DNA from: an uncultured delta proteobacterium
GTDB taxonomy: Bacteria > Myxococcota > B64-G9
Length of the DNA: 64,000 nucleotides
NCBI GenBank assembly: GCA_963754925.1
Contig: CAVWHX010000003.1
Coordinates: 352,001 to 416,000 of the forward strand
Direction of reading: 5' to 3'
Shown here piece after piece: positions 51,396-62,365 of the stretch. Made by a program: the position numbers and the translations under genes. The notes under the pieces are model-generated. The model did no database searches. It was not told where the DNA came from and was given only the letters and a program-made list of their open reading frames with translations. Within the stretch, counting starts at the first letter, position 1, and every line of letters begins with the position of its first letter.

Positions 51396-52313
51396 ATGCT
51401 AACTGATAAACGCTTTTGGAAAGCAGTCTTTTGGCACTTGGCGATGACAATATTGGTGGGAGCTATTGCAGTTGGGTGCGGTACGATATGTAATACTGAT
51501 GGCAGTGGTTGTATAATCCCGCCGACAGGTTGTACAAATGGCCAAACGCAGTGCAGCAGCAACGAAGTACAGACTTGTCAGAACGGCGCCTGGGTCAATA
51601 CCACTGACTGCTCGGCTTCTGGCGGTACCTGCCAAAACGGTCAGTGCGTTGCACCCCCAGCCTGCACCGATGGCCAGACACAGTGTTGGGGCGACGAAAC
51701 TGTAATTTGCCAGAATGGTGGATGGGTTCCTACGGGGAACTGCTCTCTTCTCGGCGATTATATCTGCCAAAATGGTCGATGTGTTGCCGCGCCATGCACC
51801 GATGGTCAGACACGGTGCGATAGCACAGAAGCTGTAACTTGCAAGAATGGTGTATGGGACTACGCCAACGCCACATTCTGCGCTGATGCTGGCAATATTT
51901 GCCAAAATGGTAAATGTGTTGCCTCGCCGCCCTGCACCGATGGCCAGACGCTATGTATAAATGACGATGTTCGAACTTGCCAGAATGGTGCTTGGGTCAA
52001 TATCGCGCTCTGCTCTGCTTTCGGCAATATCTGCCAAAATGCACAATGTGTTGCCTCGCCGGCCTGCACCGATGGTCAGACGCGATGTAGAGGCGATGAA
52101 GTTCAAACTTGCCAGAATGATGCATGGGTCAATACCACATTCTGCGAGGATACTGGCAAAATTTGCCAAAATGGTCAATGTGTCGGATGTCTGACGGCAG
52201 CTGATTGCCCCAAGTATCTGCCGGCCCTCTGCATGTTATGCCCCGACGGTAGCGCCGGCTGTGCGCATTGGATATGTAACGCCGGCACATGCCAGATGGT
52301 GTACTGCCCCTAA
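51396..52313 (+). CDS. Cys-rich tandem-repeat lipoprotein
   Basis: Lipobox AVGC; five 44-46-aa repeats CTDGQT.C...CQNG.W...C...CQNG.CV. Confidence 0.85.
   Translation: MLTDKRFWKAVFWHLAMTILVGAIAVGCGTICNTDGSGCIIPPTGCTNGQTQCSSNEVQTCQNGAWVNTTDCSASGGTCQNGQCVAPPACTDGQTQCWGDETVICQNGGWVPTGNCSLLGDYICQNGRCVAAPCTDGQTRCDSTEAVTCKNGVWDYANATFCADAGNICQNGKCVASPPCTDGQTLCINDDVRTCQNGAWVNIALCSAFGNICQNAQCVASPACTDGQTRCRGDEVQTCQNDAWVNTTFCEDTGKICQNGQCVGCLTAADCPKYLPALCMLCPDGSAGCAHWICNAGTCQMVYCP
51531..52184 (+). repeat. Five intragenic tandem repeats (132-138 bp)
   Basis: Units start at 51531, 51663, 51795, 51933, 52065. Confidence 0.9.
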
Positions 52314-52355
52314 AACATATTTCGTCTGCGCTAACATAAACCACCTTATGTGAAT

Positions 52356-52481
52356 AGAGAAAGCCCAACATCGTCGCTACCACAATTTTTAGGAGACTGT
52401 GCTCTTGGCTTTCCGGGAGAAGACTCGCGGCCCCCACAAAAATGAACTCGCCAGCAAAAACCGCCAGCAATAGTGCAAGGA
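52356..52481 (-). pseudogene. 126-bp duplicate of the ZIP gene 3' region (53779..53904)
   Basis: 7 mismatches in 126 bp by manual alignment. Confidence 0.9.
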
Positions 52482-52491
52482 GGGTGCTCAA

Positions 52492-53538
52492 GTGGAAAAA
52501 CAGGTAAAAACAGGTTTTGAATTTACTATCCTTAGGACCCGGGCTGCGGCCATTGCCCTGTGCGCCGTTGTTGCGCTGTGCGGCGCGGGCACGCGCGCAG
52601 TCGCCCTGCCGACACTGGACGAGCTGATGGCTGACTTCGACTTCAGCAAGGACGACGTGCAGCGGGTGCGCAACGGCGAGTTGGTCAAGACGACGACGAA
52701 GGAGACGTCCGACAAAGAAATCGCGGCCGTCATGGTGTTTCTCGTCAAGGCCCCGGTGCAGAAGCTCCTCGCGTCGTTGAAAGGGGGACCGAGCTCGCGC
52801 GACGATCCGCAGGTGCAAGCCGCCACGGAGATCAGCGCCGAGGGCGTCTTTGTCGACCCCAAGGCCGTGGTGCTCCAGCCCGGTAGCGACAAAGAAACGC
52901 GGCGCTATCTCAGCGCTGAGCCAGGCGACACGTTGAATCTCTCGGTCGCAGAGATCGCCCGCTTCGCGGGGCTTAAGGGCGCAGGCCAGCCGCAGGTCGA
53001 AGACGCCGTGCGACAGATGCTGCTCGCCCGCTATCGGGCGTATCGGTCGCAAGGGTTGGCCGGCATCGCGCCGTACGCCCGCGGCAAGAACAAGCAATCC
53101 CAGGCAGCGGACGATCTCCGCCGCGCTACGGAGGCCGCCAAAGGAGTCAAGAAGTACGCGCCTGCTTTCTACGATATCCTCATGAATTATCCGCAGGGCA
53201 CCCCAACGGGACTCACGCAGCACTTCTTCTGTATCCGTTACGCGTTGGGCGGCCGGCCCAACTTCATGTTGCGGCAGCGCCTCGCTATGCCGCTCGGGGA
53301 TACGTACGTGGTCGCCGATCGCGATTTCTACGTGAGCCACGACTATAACGATACGCAGGCCGTCGCCGCACTGCTTCCCGCGGAGAACGGAACGGTGGTA
53401 GTGTACCTGAACCGCATCACCACCGACCAACTCGGCGGCTTCGGCGCCTCCGCCAAACAGGCTATCGGTCGCAATATGATGGCGAAACAAATCAGCGAGA
53501 TTTTCGAGAGGGCCCGCGCCGGCTTCAAGGACAAGTGA
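52492..53538 (+). CDS. Hypothetical secreted protein, visibly GC-rich (start uncertain)
   Basis: Signal-like AAIALCAVVALCGA; GC3-rich codons; YR..GL.GIAPY and FYVSHDYN segments. Confidence 0.7.
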   Translation: MEKQVKTGFEFTILRTRAAAIALCAVVALCGAGTRAVALPTLDELMADFDFSKDDVQRVRNGELVKTTTKETSDKEIAAVMVFLVKAPVQKLLASLKGGPSSRDDPQVQAATEISAEGVFVDPKAVVLQPGSDKETRRYLSAEPGDTLNLSVAEIARFAGLKGAGQPQVEDAVRQMLLARYRAYRSQGLAGIAPYARGKNKQSQAADDLRRATEAAKGVKKYAPAFYDILMNYPQGTPTGLTQHFFCIRYALGGRPNFMLRQRLAMPLGDTYVVADRDFYVSHDYNDTQAVAALLPAENGTVVVYLNRITTDQLGGFGASAKQAIGRNMMAKQISEIFERARAGFKDK

Positions 53539-53749
53539 TGCGCCAAACCGATATGCGTGCGCAGCTCTGGACTCGACCAAATGCATCCTGTCATTCGCCA
53601 AATCTCGTCAATATTGAAATATAAGCATTTTCTGATTTACCTTCCCTCTCTCATCTTGGCCTGAAATATTGCCAGGGTGTGCTCGAGAATGCCTGCTTCC
53701 CATCCTGGATTACTTTTGGCTAGGCACATCTCTCATTTTTCGCACGTCT

Positions 53750-54470
53750 TTACAGGAATGTCGTAATTACGAATATAAAGAGGAAGCCCAACATCGTCGC
53801 TACCACAATTTTTAGGAGACTGTGCTCTTGGCTCTCCGGGAGAAGACTCGCGGCTCCCACAAAAATGAACTCACCGGCAAAAACCGCAAGCAATATTGCA
53901 AGGATATTCTGCGGAAGTTTTATGACCGAAGTGAGCAATACCCCAATCAGAGGCGCAAGACCGTCCATAAAAAGGAACAGCCATGCCTTTTTTTCTGACT
54001 GTTCGTTTTTAAGCATCAAGGCTACGGTATTGATGCCGTCCGGCAAGTCATGGATTATTATTGAAAGGGCCACCACGATGCCGATGGAGAAGCGCACCTG
54101 AAACGCTACCCCCATGGTGAGGCCATCCAGGAAGCTGAGCAGAATAAGGCTTCCTGCGCCGATGGGTCCCATGACATGCCCCTCGGAAGCTATCCCCTTA
54201 ATAGGATGGGCTGAGAAATACTTCTCCAAAAGAATGAAAAACAGGAAAGATAGCACGACAATTACCATGATATGCTTAACCGGGATTCCAGATTTCTCTG
54301 CCATCTCCAAGCTTTCGGGCAGTATTTCCATGAGCGCGACGGTTACGATGCTCCCTGCTGCAAAAGCAAATATGATCGAAACACTTTTTTTGAATTTTAA
54401 AGTGATGAACCCGCCGAGCAGCGTCGACAAAAATGTTAACAAGGCCAATAGTATGGCAGTGGGGGTTCAT
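53750..54470 (-). CDS. ZIP-family metal transporter with a +1 frameshift at G5 54461-54465
   Basis: FAAG, EILPES, SFLDG, HDLPDG, AGEFIFV, LLPE; removing one C gives MNPTAILLALLTFLSTL. Confidence 0.85.
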
Positions 54471-54621
54471 TTAATGAAGAACCCCTTTATCATAATTTCC
54501 AAAACAATAAAACACTATTGGAGATTGATATCGAACCGAACGAGACTGATAAAAAGGGGTACGCACGCTATCTAGGGAAAAACGCCTGGGGTGAATATTT
54601 GAAAGAGATGGACATCGTGGT

Positions 54622-56574
54622 TCAGCCGCCGCTCTCCCCTCCCTTGAGCAGGGCCTTGAATTCTTCCTCTCCGATCGTTTCGACCTCCAACAGCCTTTTC
54701 GCTATCTTCTCGACGGTCCCTTTTTTCTCTTTGAGGAACTCGATTGCTTTTTCGTACCGGTTTTTAATGATCCGGGTGATCTCTTCATCAACGTACTGCT
54801 GGGTCGATTCGGAATAATCCCGCTGTCTAGAGACAGTTTCCCCCGGAAGGAACGCTGGGCTCCTCTGTGAGGAAAGAACCACGTTCTCGAACTTATCGCT
54901 CATGCCGTAGTCGCTGATCATCTTCCGGGCTATTTCGGTTGCTCGGGCGATATCATTGGAGGCGCCCGTCGAAATCTCCCCGAAGAACAATTGCTCGCTC
55001 GCGCGACCCCCGAGTAGAACGTCTATCTTGCCCAGCAGTTCCTCCGCCGTCAGGAGGAAGCGGTCTTCGGTCGGAAGTTGAATGGTATACCCCAGGGCTC
55101 CGATGCCGCGCGGAATGATCGAGATCTTATGAACCGGATCGGCGCCCTTCGAGTATGCGGCCAGCGTAGCATGTCCCGTTTCATGGTAGGCGACGATCTT
55201 CCGTTCCTTCGGATTGATAAGCCGGTTCTTTTTCTCGAGGCCCGCGACCACTCGTTCGATCGCGTCATCAAAGTCTTTGGGCAGGACGGCGCTGCGGCCC
55301 GCGCGCACAGCGAGCAACGCCGCTTCATTGACGATATTTGCCAAGTCGGCCCCGGTAAAACCCGGCGTCCCCCGAGCAACCTGTTCCAGGTCGACGGACT
55401 CATCGAGGCTCACGTTCTTTGCATGGATCTTTAGGATGTCGACCCGCCCCTTCAGGTCGGGTCTGTCCACTAGCACCTGCCGGTCGAAGCGGCCGGGCCG
55501 CAGAAGGGCGGGATCGAGGATCTCGGGCCGGTTCGTTGCAGAAAGAATGATGACGCCGACACTGGAGTCGAAACCGTCCATCTCGACCAGTAGTTGGTTC
55601 AGCGTCTGCTCGCGCTCGTCGTTCCCGCCGAGCGTAATGCCGCGGCTCTTTCCGATGGCGTCGAGCTCGTCGATGAAGATGATGCACGGGGCCTTTTCGC
55701 GGGCCTGCTTGAACATGTCGCGGACCCGGGCCGCCCCGACGCCGACGAACATCTCCACGAAATCGGCGCCGCTGATCTTGAAAAAGGGGACCTTGGCCTC
55801 GCCGGCGACCGCCTTGGCAAGAAGGGTCTTTCCCGTTCCGGGGGGGCCGACCAGGAGAACTCCCTTGGGTATCTTTCCGCCGACGGTCTCATATTTTTTC
55901 GGCTGTCTGAGGAAATCCACAACCTCTACGAGCTCCGCCTTGGCCTCATCGACGCCCGCAACATCCTTGAACGTCACACCCGTGTCGCCTTCCGCGACCA
56001 GCTTCGCCTTGTTCGCCCCGAACGACATCACCCCCTGGCCGGTCTTGCCGAGCTGTTTACTGAGATAATTCCAGAAAAACACCATCAGGATGATAGGCAA
56101 CACCCAGGATAGTAAGGCGCCTAGCCAGGACCCGCTCTCCGAGGCAATGGCATAATATTCAATGTTCTTCTCATCCATGAGCCGGATGAGGCCCGGATCG
56201 ACTATCCGTACGGTTTTATAGTTCTTCGGAACCTCTGTTGGCTTTTTCTCGCTGGATCGCGTCTCATCGTGTTGGGCCTTGGTCCAGACAAACCCGGTCA
56301 GGTATTTTTCGCCTATCTCGATCCGCCGGATCTCGCCGGACTCTATTTTCGTTTTGAAGGCGCTGTAATCGATGGATTCGACATTGGAACGCTGGAAGAA
56401 GGAGTTGATCACGAAGAGCGCGATCAGACAGATCAGGAAGAACCATAGGGAAAAACGCAGCTGCTTGGGACTGAGAGGCTTAAAGAGAGGGTCGTGCTTG
56501 GTGAGGCCCGGTTCTTCCTTGCCTTTTTCTTCCCTGGCCTGCAAGATATTCTTGTTGCCGTCCTTGATCGCCAT
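54622..56574 (-). CDS. ftsH: ATP-dependent zinc metalloprotease FtsH
   Basis: [45 protein letters not shown] before ATG 56574. Confidence 0.95.
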   Translation of the reverse strand: MAIKDGNKNILQAREEKGKEEPGLTKHDPLFKPLSPKQLRFSLWFFLICLIALFVINSFFQRSNVESIDYSAFKTKIESGEIRRIEIGEKYLTGFVWTKAQHDETRSSEKKPTEVPKNYKTVRIVDPGLIRLMDEKNIEYYAIASESGSWLGALLSWVLPIILMVFFWNYLSKQLGKTGQGVMSFGANKAKLVAEGDTGVTFKDVAGVDEAKAELVEVVDFLRQPKKYETVGGKIPKGVLLVGPPGTGKTLLAKAVAGEAKVPFFKISGADFVEMFVGVGAARVRDMFKQAREKAPCIIFIDELDAIGKSRGITLGGNDEREQTLNQLLVEMDGFDSSVGVIILSATNRPEILDPALLRPGRFDRQVLVDRPDLKGRVDILKIHAKNVSLDESVDLEQVARGTPGFTGADLANIVNEAALLAVRAGRSAVLPKDFDDAIERVVAGLEKKNRLINPKERKIVAYHETGHATLAAYSKGADPVHKISIIPRGIGALGYTIQLPTEDRFLLTAEELLGKIDVLLGGRASEQLFFGEISTGASNDIARATEIARKMISDYGMSDKFENVVLSSQRSPAFLPGETVSRQRDYSESTQQYVDEEITRIIKNRYEKAIEFLKEKKGTVEKIAKRLLEVETIGEEEFKALLKGGESGG

Positions 56575-56692
56575 TCGATCCTCCTTTTCCCTCCATTTGC
56601 AGACCCGCAGCCTCAAAGCACCGATGAGATCGCATGCGGGGTGCCGGTCAACTGCCTGCCAGGACACGAAGATCCCCGGCTTGCCGACCCTC

Positions 56693-57248
56693 TCACATCT
56701 TGTGCATGTCAAGCGCCAGCGCGATCCAGGCCCAGCCGAAAAACAGCAGATCGATTCCGACAAAAAGGCCTATCGCCCACAGGCCTGAGATCGGCCACTG
56801 CGCCAGTACGAGACCCCCTAACACGACGGTGATAACTCCGTTCAGCGCATGCCAACCCCAGCCCGGCAGGTGAATCATCAGCGAGCCGACCAGTTGAAAC
56901 AGCCCGGATATAAGGAAGAACATGGCCATGAAAAGGGTCGCAACCTCGGCGCTGATCACCGACCTCGACACAAACAGTGCTCCGGTTACTCCGAAGAGAA
57001 CCGCAGCCAGCAAATGCAGGAAGAAGCCTGCCCAATTTCCGACCATGAAAGCCTGTGCAATCTCGATACAGGCTGCAATCAACAGCAGCCATCCGAAGAA
57101 CGACATTGAGATTATCGTGGCTTTCACGGACCAAGTGACGGCGGCGATCCCCAGCAGCACCAATCCGATGCCGAGTGCCAGAAACCACCCCCAGTTGTGA
57201 ATCATCTCGGGGGGAATTTCTAACCATTAGAACATTCATCTCGCTCAT
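56693..57248 (-). CDS. HdeD/DUF308 membrane protein with a +1 frameshift at G6 57209-57214
   Basis: WGWFLALG, WP.SGLWAIGLFVGIDL; AAAGGAGG RBS before ATG 57248; removing one C gives ...VRNSPEMIHNW. Confidence 0.82.
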
Positions 57249-57365
57249 GGTAATGCCTCCTTTCATTTGTGTTTCGTATCACTGTCAACGTACCCGCCGC
57301 AGCGCCGGCCTGTACTGCACGTCGGCTGGCTACGGGATCTGCCGGCGTGGCCCAAATGCAGAACT

Positions 57366-58169
57366 TCACAATTTCAGTGCTTCCTTGGTAAGTTCCCAAG
57401 CTTGGTGCAGTTTCTCGGTACGCCGCGCGTACTCGGACTGTACCTCGGCGATACGAACCTCCAGCTTAGCCTTCCTCTCAGCCTGCGCCTTGGCCACCTG
57501 CTCTTTCAGGGCCTTGATCTTCGCATCCATCTCCTGCTTCGTCGTTTCCGATGCAGCCTTGGCCCGATCCTGCGTTGCTTGCAGCTTGGTCTTGGCAGCG
57601 CTCATCTTCGCTTGAAGCTTCGTTTTTGCTTCCTTGTCCGCCTGAGCGAACTCGGCTTTCAGGTCGGCAACCTCTGCCTTGAGTGCCTTAGCATCCCTCT
57701 CGATCTGATAATCCAGAACTTCCACGCGCGCCCGGCGGAAGACGACGCCGCCTGCGGCTTCCATACGGGTATCGACTGGCATCACCCACTCCTCCCAAAT
57801 TTCGGCGACCACGGCCGCCTTGCCCGGCTGCAGGTGTTGCTCGACCTCGCCTAGAAAGTCCTCGCCGACCCCGACTTTCGCCAAGTCGTACAGCACACCC
57901 CCAACCGTCCCGACATAGGCACCGATTGCGACACCCACGGGCCCACCGAGCAGGCCAATCAAACTCCCCGTGACCAGGCCGACGCCCGTCCCTAGCAGGT
58001 CCCGGTCGGCCGCCTCTTTGACGGTCACTTTCCCGCCCGCGTCCTTGGCAATCACGGCGCTCGCATAGAGCGTGATGCTGCCCTCGAAATGCAAATCCTT
58101 GAGGGCCCTGTAGCCATCATAGGCCTTCTTCTCGTTATCGAATATTACTACGATCATCTTGTCGTCCAT
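57366..58169 (-). CDS. DUF1269-family glycine-zipper protein with C-terminal coiled coil
   Basis: GLVTGSLIGLLGGPVGVAIGA, LQPGKAAVV, GGVVFR. Confidence 0.78.
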   Translation of the reverse strand: MDDKMIVVIFDNEKKAYDGYRALKDLHFEGSITLYASAVIAKDAGGKVTVKEAADRDLLGTGVGLVTGSLIGLLGGPVGVAIGAYVGTVGGVLYDLAKVGVGEDFLGEVEQHLQPGKAAVVAEIWEEWVMPVDTRMEAAGGVVFRRARVEVLDYQIERDAKALKAEVADLKAEFAQADKEAKTKLQAKMSAAKTKLQATQDRAKAASETTKQEMDAKIKALKEQVAKAQAERKAKLEVRIAEVQSEYARRTEKLHQAWELTKEALKL

Positions 58170-58198
58170 GGCTGCTCTCCTTTCTGTCGGTCAGCGTT

Positions 58199-58352
58199 AT
58201 CGATTCTTTCTTGAAAACACTATCCGTCCCAGTTCTACTTGAACTGGTGTCTTGCAATGCGAATGCCAAGCGTAAGTCGTTGAAAATACTTGATAGCCAA
58301 AATTACAAAGTCGCGACTCTTCGAGAATTAGCGATAGTTCATGAAAACTGAT
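58199..58352 (-). promoter_or_regulatory. Sigma54 promoter module, copy 1
   Basis: Minus strand TGGCATTCGCATTGCA at 58253-58268; whole module repeated at 62980-63132. Confidence 0.85.
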
Positions 58353-58383
58353 GCGGATTTTCAGGAAGGGGGTATTGCAACTG

Positions 58384-60183
58384 CTATGTTGATTTGAACC
58401 TATGTTTGTTGATCTTGAGGGATCTGATCTTCGATTCTAGCGTCGAGGGCGGAATGCCGAGCTTGGCGGCCGCGCCCAAAGATCCGGACACTCGGCCTCT
58501 GCTTTTAACCAAGGCAGCCTCAATCATCTCTTTCTCTTGAGCCACAAGCTTGTCGGAGAGCAACTGGCTTGCCGACTGAGTCTGACGAGACTCCCAAACG
58601 AGCCAACTGTCATCGACCGTGAAGTTCTCCGTGTCACATATGATAACCGACCGTTCGATTACATTTTGCAGCTCTCGAATGTTACCCGGCCAGGGGTACG
58701 ACTGAAGCAGATCCAGGGTCTTCTTGGTTATACCCCGTATTTTCTTTCCTGCTTTACTGGCATATCGGTCAATGAAGTACTCGACCAGAATGGGGATGTC
58801 CTCTTTCCGTTCGCGTAGCGGAGGCATTGCAATGGGAAATACGTTGATCCGATAGAATAGATCGCTCCGAAAAATGCCGGCTTCGATTGCGGCCTTCAAG
58901 TCACGATTGGTGGCGGCAATCACCCGGGCGTTAGTCCGAATCGTTTGATTTCCTCCCACACGCTCAAATTCGTGCTCCTGCAGCACACGCAAGAGGGCAA
59001 TCTGGATCTCATTCGGAAGCTCCCCGATTTCATCTAGGAAGATCGTTCCTCCTTCCGCCAGCTCGAAGCGGCCGAGGTGCCGCTGGTGGGCCCCCGTGAA
59101 GGCTCCCTTCTCATGACCGAATAATTCCGAGGCGATTAACGGCGCGGGAATTGCAGCACAGTTCACGCTGACAAAGGCTCGCGAGGAGCGCTTTGACCGC
59201 TTGTGGATAGCTCGAGCGACGAGTTCCTTGCCCGTGCCGGTTTCGCCGGCGACAAAGACGGTGGAATCCATCGGCGCCACCTTGGCGACACGTGCGAGCA
59301 CGGCTTTCAGAGCCGGTGACGAGCCCACGATCTCCTCGAACATTGAGGTTCTATCAATTTCTTCGCGTAGCACGACGTTCTCTCTGTAGAGTTGGTTCTT
59401 CAACTTCTTGATCTCGTCAAAAGCCTTTTGGAGGGAATCTTCGGCCCGCTTGCGTTCCGTCACATCCAACACGGTACCGAAATATTCAACAACTTCTCCG
59501 GTGTTATCGAGGGCTGGGTGCCACATTACGTGGAGGTGCTTGAGATTCCCGCCATGCAGCAGCAGCCTGTAATCTATCGTAAAACCAGCTTTCTCACGGA
59601 ATGCCTTCTGGCAGACTTCGGAAACTGTGTCGCGATCATCTGGATGCACAAGTCGAAAGGACTCGTCAGGATCCGGGATACCCTGTCGAGGGTCCAATCC
59701 AAAAATTCGGAACAATTCCTCGGACCAGTAAAGCGTTTTCCCATTCCCAGGGTTGTAGGCGAAACTACCGGTATGGCTGAGCCTCTGCGCTTCCGCCAGG
59801 TAGGCTTCACTTCGGCGGACGGCTTCTTCCGTGCGCTTGCGGTCCTCGATATCTATACTGGATCCATACCATCTAACGATCTTTCCCTGCCCGTCACGGA
59901 GAGGCACGCTGTGGTGGAGCATCCAGCGATATTCCCCATCCGCCCGCCGGATGCGTGCTTCTGCTTCGAAAGGCTCCCCCGTCTCAAGGGTCGCGCGCCG
60001 CTTTTCCACGAACGCTTCAACATCTTCAGGATGAACTGAAGCCGTCCATTTCCAGCCTGATATGTTCTCAAACGAAAGACCGACGAAGTCCAGCCAACGT
60101 TGATTGAAAAAATCGATATAGCCGTCAGGCGGACTGCTAAGGATCAGAGCAGGAGTCGAGTCAATAAGAAGCTGAAGGTTCAT
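58384..60183 (-). CDS. PAS-PAS sigma54-dependent activator (FhlA-like); likely start 60183
   Basis: Two VHP.D PAS motifs, GETGTGKE, GAFTGA, LDEIGE, WPGNIRELQN, GAAAKLG HTH. Confidence 0.9.
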   Translation of the reverse strand: MNLQLLIDSTPALILSSPPDGYIDFFNQRWLDFVGLSFENISGWKWTASVHPEDVEAFVEKRRATLETGEPFEAEARIRRADGEYRWMLHHSVPLRDGQGKIVRWYGSSIDIEDRKRTEEAVRRSEAYLAEAQRLSHTGSFAYNPGNGKTLYWSEELFRIFGLDPRQGIPDPDESFRLVHPDDRDTVSEVCQKAFREKAGFTIDYRLLLHGGNLKHLHVMWHPALDNTGEVVEYFGTVLDVTERKRAEDSLQKAFDEIKKLKNQLYRENVVLREEIDRTSMFEEIVGSSPALKAVLARVAKVAPMDSTVFVAGETGTGKELVARAIHKRSKRSSRAFVSVNCAAIPAPLIASELFGHEKGAFTGAHQRHLGRFELAEGGTIFLDEIGELPNEIQIALLRVLQEHEFERVGGNQTIRTNARVIAATNRDLKAAIEAGIFRSDLFYRINVFPIAMPPLRERKEDIPILVEYFIDRYASKAGKKIRGITKKTLDLLQSYPWPGNIRELQNVIERSVIICDTENFTVDDSWLVWESRQTQSASQLLSDKLVAQEKEMIEAALVKSRGRVSGSLGAAAKLGIPPSTLESKIRSLKINKHRFKST

Positions 60184-60728
60184 GAGCACGGATTTGTGTC
60201 CTTCGAGAGGACAATTGATTCTTTTCTCATCAAAGTAAATTATTGCACTTCCGGTGACAACAGGAATCTCTCTAGCTGATATGCCCTTGAGTTCTTTTAT
60301 GTTTTTGTTCGACACCGCCCGAATCTTGTGCAACTTGGACGCCAGGATTGCTACCCTTCCCTCCAAGGCCGATTTGCTGGCGATGCGCTCCTTGAACGAC
60401 CTCTAAAACGGTTTGGATGGAAATATAGTGTCTTTCCCTTCATTGGTCAACCCCCTTCTTTCTAAATATCTCGCATCGACTCAGTCTTTTCTTCCATACT
60501 TGATTCCGATACAACGTGCTCCTCCAGTGCGTCTTTTTTTGGCTTGCCTTCACGTGCCCTGCGGTTTCGGTTTGTGGAAACCACGAATCACGACGCAACG
60601 ATTCGACGGTTGTGAAAAACCAATCATCGGTGAACACTTATTGTAGTTGGGTCAGCACGGGGCCCTGCACGCGGATATGGATATCCTGTGTTTCGGCGGT
60701 GGTTTGTGCGTAGCCTGCCGGGCGGTTT

Positions 60729-61028
60729 TCACCTTCGGCCGCTTGCCCTGCTCTTGTTGCTTTTGTGGGTTGCGCGGACCTGGGTCTCCCCCGGAATCGA
60801 TTCCTTGACGACGAGTATGCGCCTGCGGTGTTTGGTGCCGTTGATGCCCGCGATCGCTGCTTGTGCCTCCATGTTCGACGGCATTTCAACGAAACCGAAG
60901 CCCTCGCCCTCTCGGGCGTGTTCGTCCCTGAATATCGACGCGGCTGCCACATGGCCATAACCTATGAAAAGCGCCTTGAGCTCCTCATCCGTAAACTGAA
61001 AGTCGAGATTTCCTACGTAGATTTTCAC
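60729..61028 (-). CDS. RRM RNA-binding protein
   Basis: GTG start with AAGGAGG RBS; IYVGNL (RNP2), GFGFVEM (RNP1). Confidence 0.88.
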   Translation of the reverse strand: MKIYVGNLDFQFTDEELKALFIGYGHVAAASIFRDEHAREGEGFGFVEMPSNMEAQAAIAGINGTKHRRRILVVKESIPGETQVRATHKSNKSRASGRR

Positions 61029-61084
61029 CGCTCCCTCCTTTTCTTGCGCAAAAGGATAAGAGTAACGGAAAGGATCGAGATCGG

Positions 61085-62203
61085 TCACGTTCCCAATTCC
61101 TGGAGCGTACCCAGGAAAGTAATGACATCTTCGCGGCTTAACATGCCGATGACATGCTGATCCCGGGTGACGGGCAACTGATTGACGCCATCGCGGTCCA
61201 TCTCCTGGAGGGCGGCCCACAGCTCGGCATCAGGACCAATACGTTTTATCTGTTCCATGGGAAGCATGACCTCAGCGGCGCTCGTCGTCGCCCATTTGGA
61301 ACGCGGCACTTCCTTGATCCGATGCAACGTCATCAAACCAACGGTCTCGTCTCCACGGTTGACGAGAAAAGAGCGCTGCCCGCTCCCGAGGATGTGTTCG
61401 TCTACCAGCTGCTGTAGCGTCAGATTTGCGGGAACGGCGGCGCAACGAGTGCTCATGGCTTGCGAGACCTTATGGCCCGCCAGCAGACCCTGATACATCA
61501 CTTGATGAACTTGACCGGAAGCGGCATTGTCGAGGAACCAGCCGATGATCGCGATCCAAAGCCCCCCGCCAAAGTCGCCACGGAACATCTGCCAAACGCC
61601 GGCGAAGATAAACATAAAAGCAAAGAACCGGCCGACCTTTGCCGCGATGAGGGTCGCCCGGCGCATGTTTTTCGTGATCGCCCACACGATGGCCCGAAAC
61701 ACGCGACCGCCATCGAGTGGGTAACCGGGAATCAGGTTAAACAGCACCAGGGCCAGGTTGATGTAGGCCAGGTACTTTGCCAGACCCACGAGTGGTTCCA
61801 TACCGGCCACCAGCGGCTGCACCGCGTAGAAAAGGACCGCCAGGAGCAGGCTCACGAGCGGGCCTGCGATCGCAATAAGAAACTCGGCGATGGCGCTGGG
61901 CGGTTCCGCCCCAATCTGAGCGACACCCCCGAAGAGGAAAAGCGTGATGCTGCGCACCGGAATTTTGTACCGCAGCGCAACTGCAGAGTGTCCTAGTTCA
62001 TGAAGCAGCACGCTCACAAAGAGCATGATGGCCGTCACCGCGCCCATGAACCAGTACAGCAGTGGCGGCCAATCCTTGAATTCGGCGGGATAGTAACTAC
62101 TCGCCAGCATCCACGTGAGCAGCGCGAAGATCACAAACCAGGAGTAATCCAAACCAATGGGAATCCCCATAATCCTGCCTAACGGGATATGGTGTCGAGT
62201 CAT
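61085..62203 (-). CDS. M50 site-2 protease with a CBS pair
   Basis: HELGH, FNLIPGYPLDGGR, C-terminal CBS domains. Confidence 0.9.
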   Translation of the reverse strand: MTRHHIPLGRIMGIPIGLDYSWFVIFALLTWMLASSYYPAEFKDWPPLLYWFMGAVTAIMLFVSVLLHELGHSAVALRYKIPVRSITLFLFGGVAQIGAEPPSAIAEFLIAIAGPLVSLLLAVLFYAVQPLVAGMEPLVGLAKYLAYINLALVLFNLIPGYPLDGGRVFRAIVWAITKNMRRATLIAAKVGRFFAFMFIFAGVWQMFRGDFGGGLWIAIIGWFLDNAASGQVHQVMYQGLLAGHKVSQAMSTRCAAVPANLTLQQLVDEHILGSGQRSFLVNRGDETVGLMTLHRIKEVPRSKWATTSAAEVMLPMEQIKRIGPDAELWAALQEMDRDGVNQLPVTRDQHVIGMLSREDVITFLGTLQELGT

Positions 62204-62365
62204 GAGCGTTCTCCCTTCTTGGTGCGCCGGCTGACCAATTCCCAAGATAGCTGCCAACTATGTCCTCATTGGGCGAGCAGCCCTTGCTGAGCTTCCCCCC
62301 TTATTCTTCGTTGCGGTGTATCTCAAATGAGCCGGCCGCTCCAGTATCTTTTTGTCTCCTTCGGG

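Noticed and set aside
51531..52184. Possible CRISPR array
   Set aside because: The repeats are in-frame coding units of 132-138 bp, not repeat-spacer units, and no cas genes are present
52129..53601. 490-aa minus-strand ORF containing ZIP-like residues
   Set aside because: Antisense shadow of the GC-rich gene 52492..53538 running into the duplicated ZIP fragment
60440..60637. 65-aa ORF between the RRM and activator genes
   Set aside because: No motif or clear RBS; cannot be supported from the sequence alone
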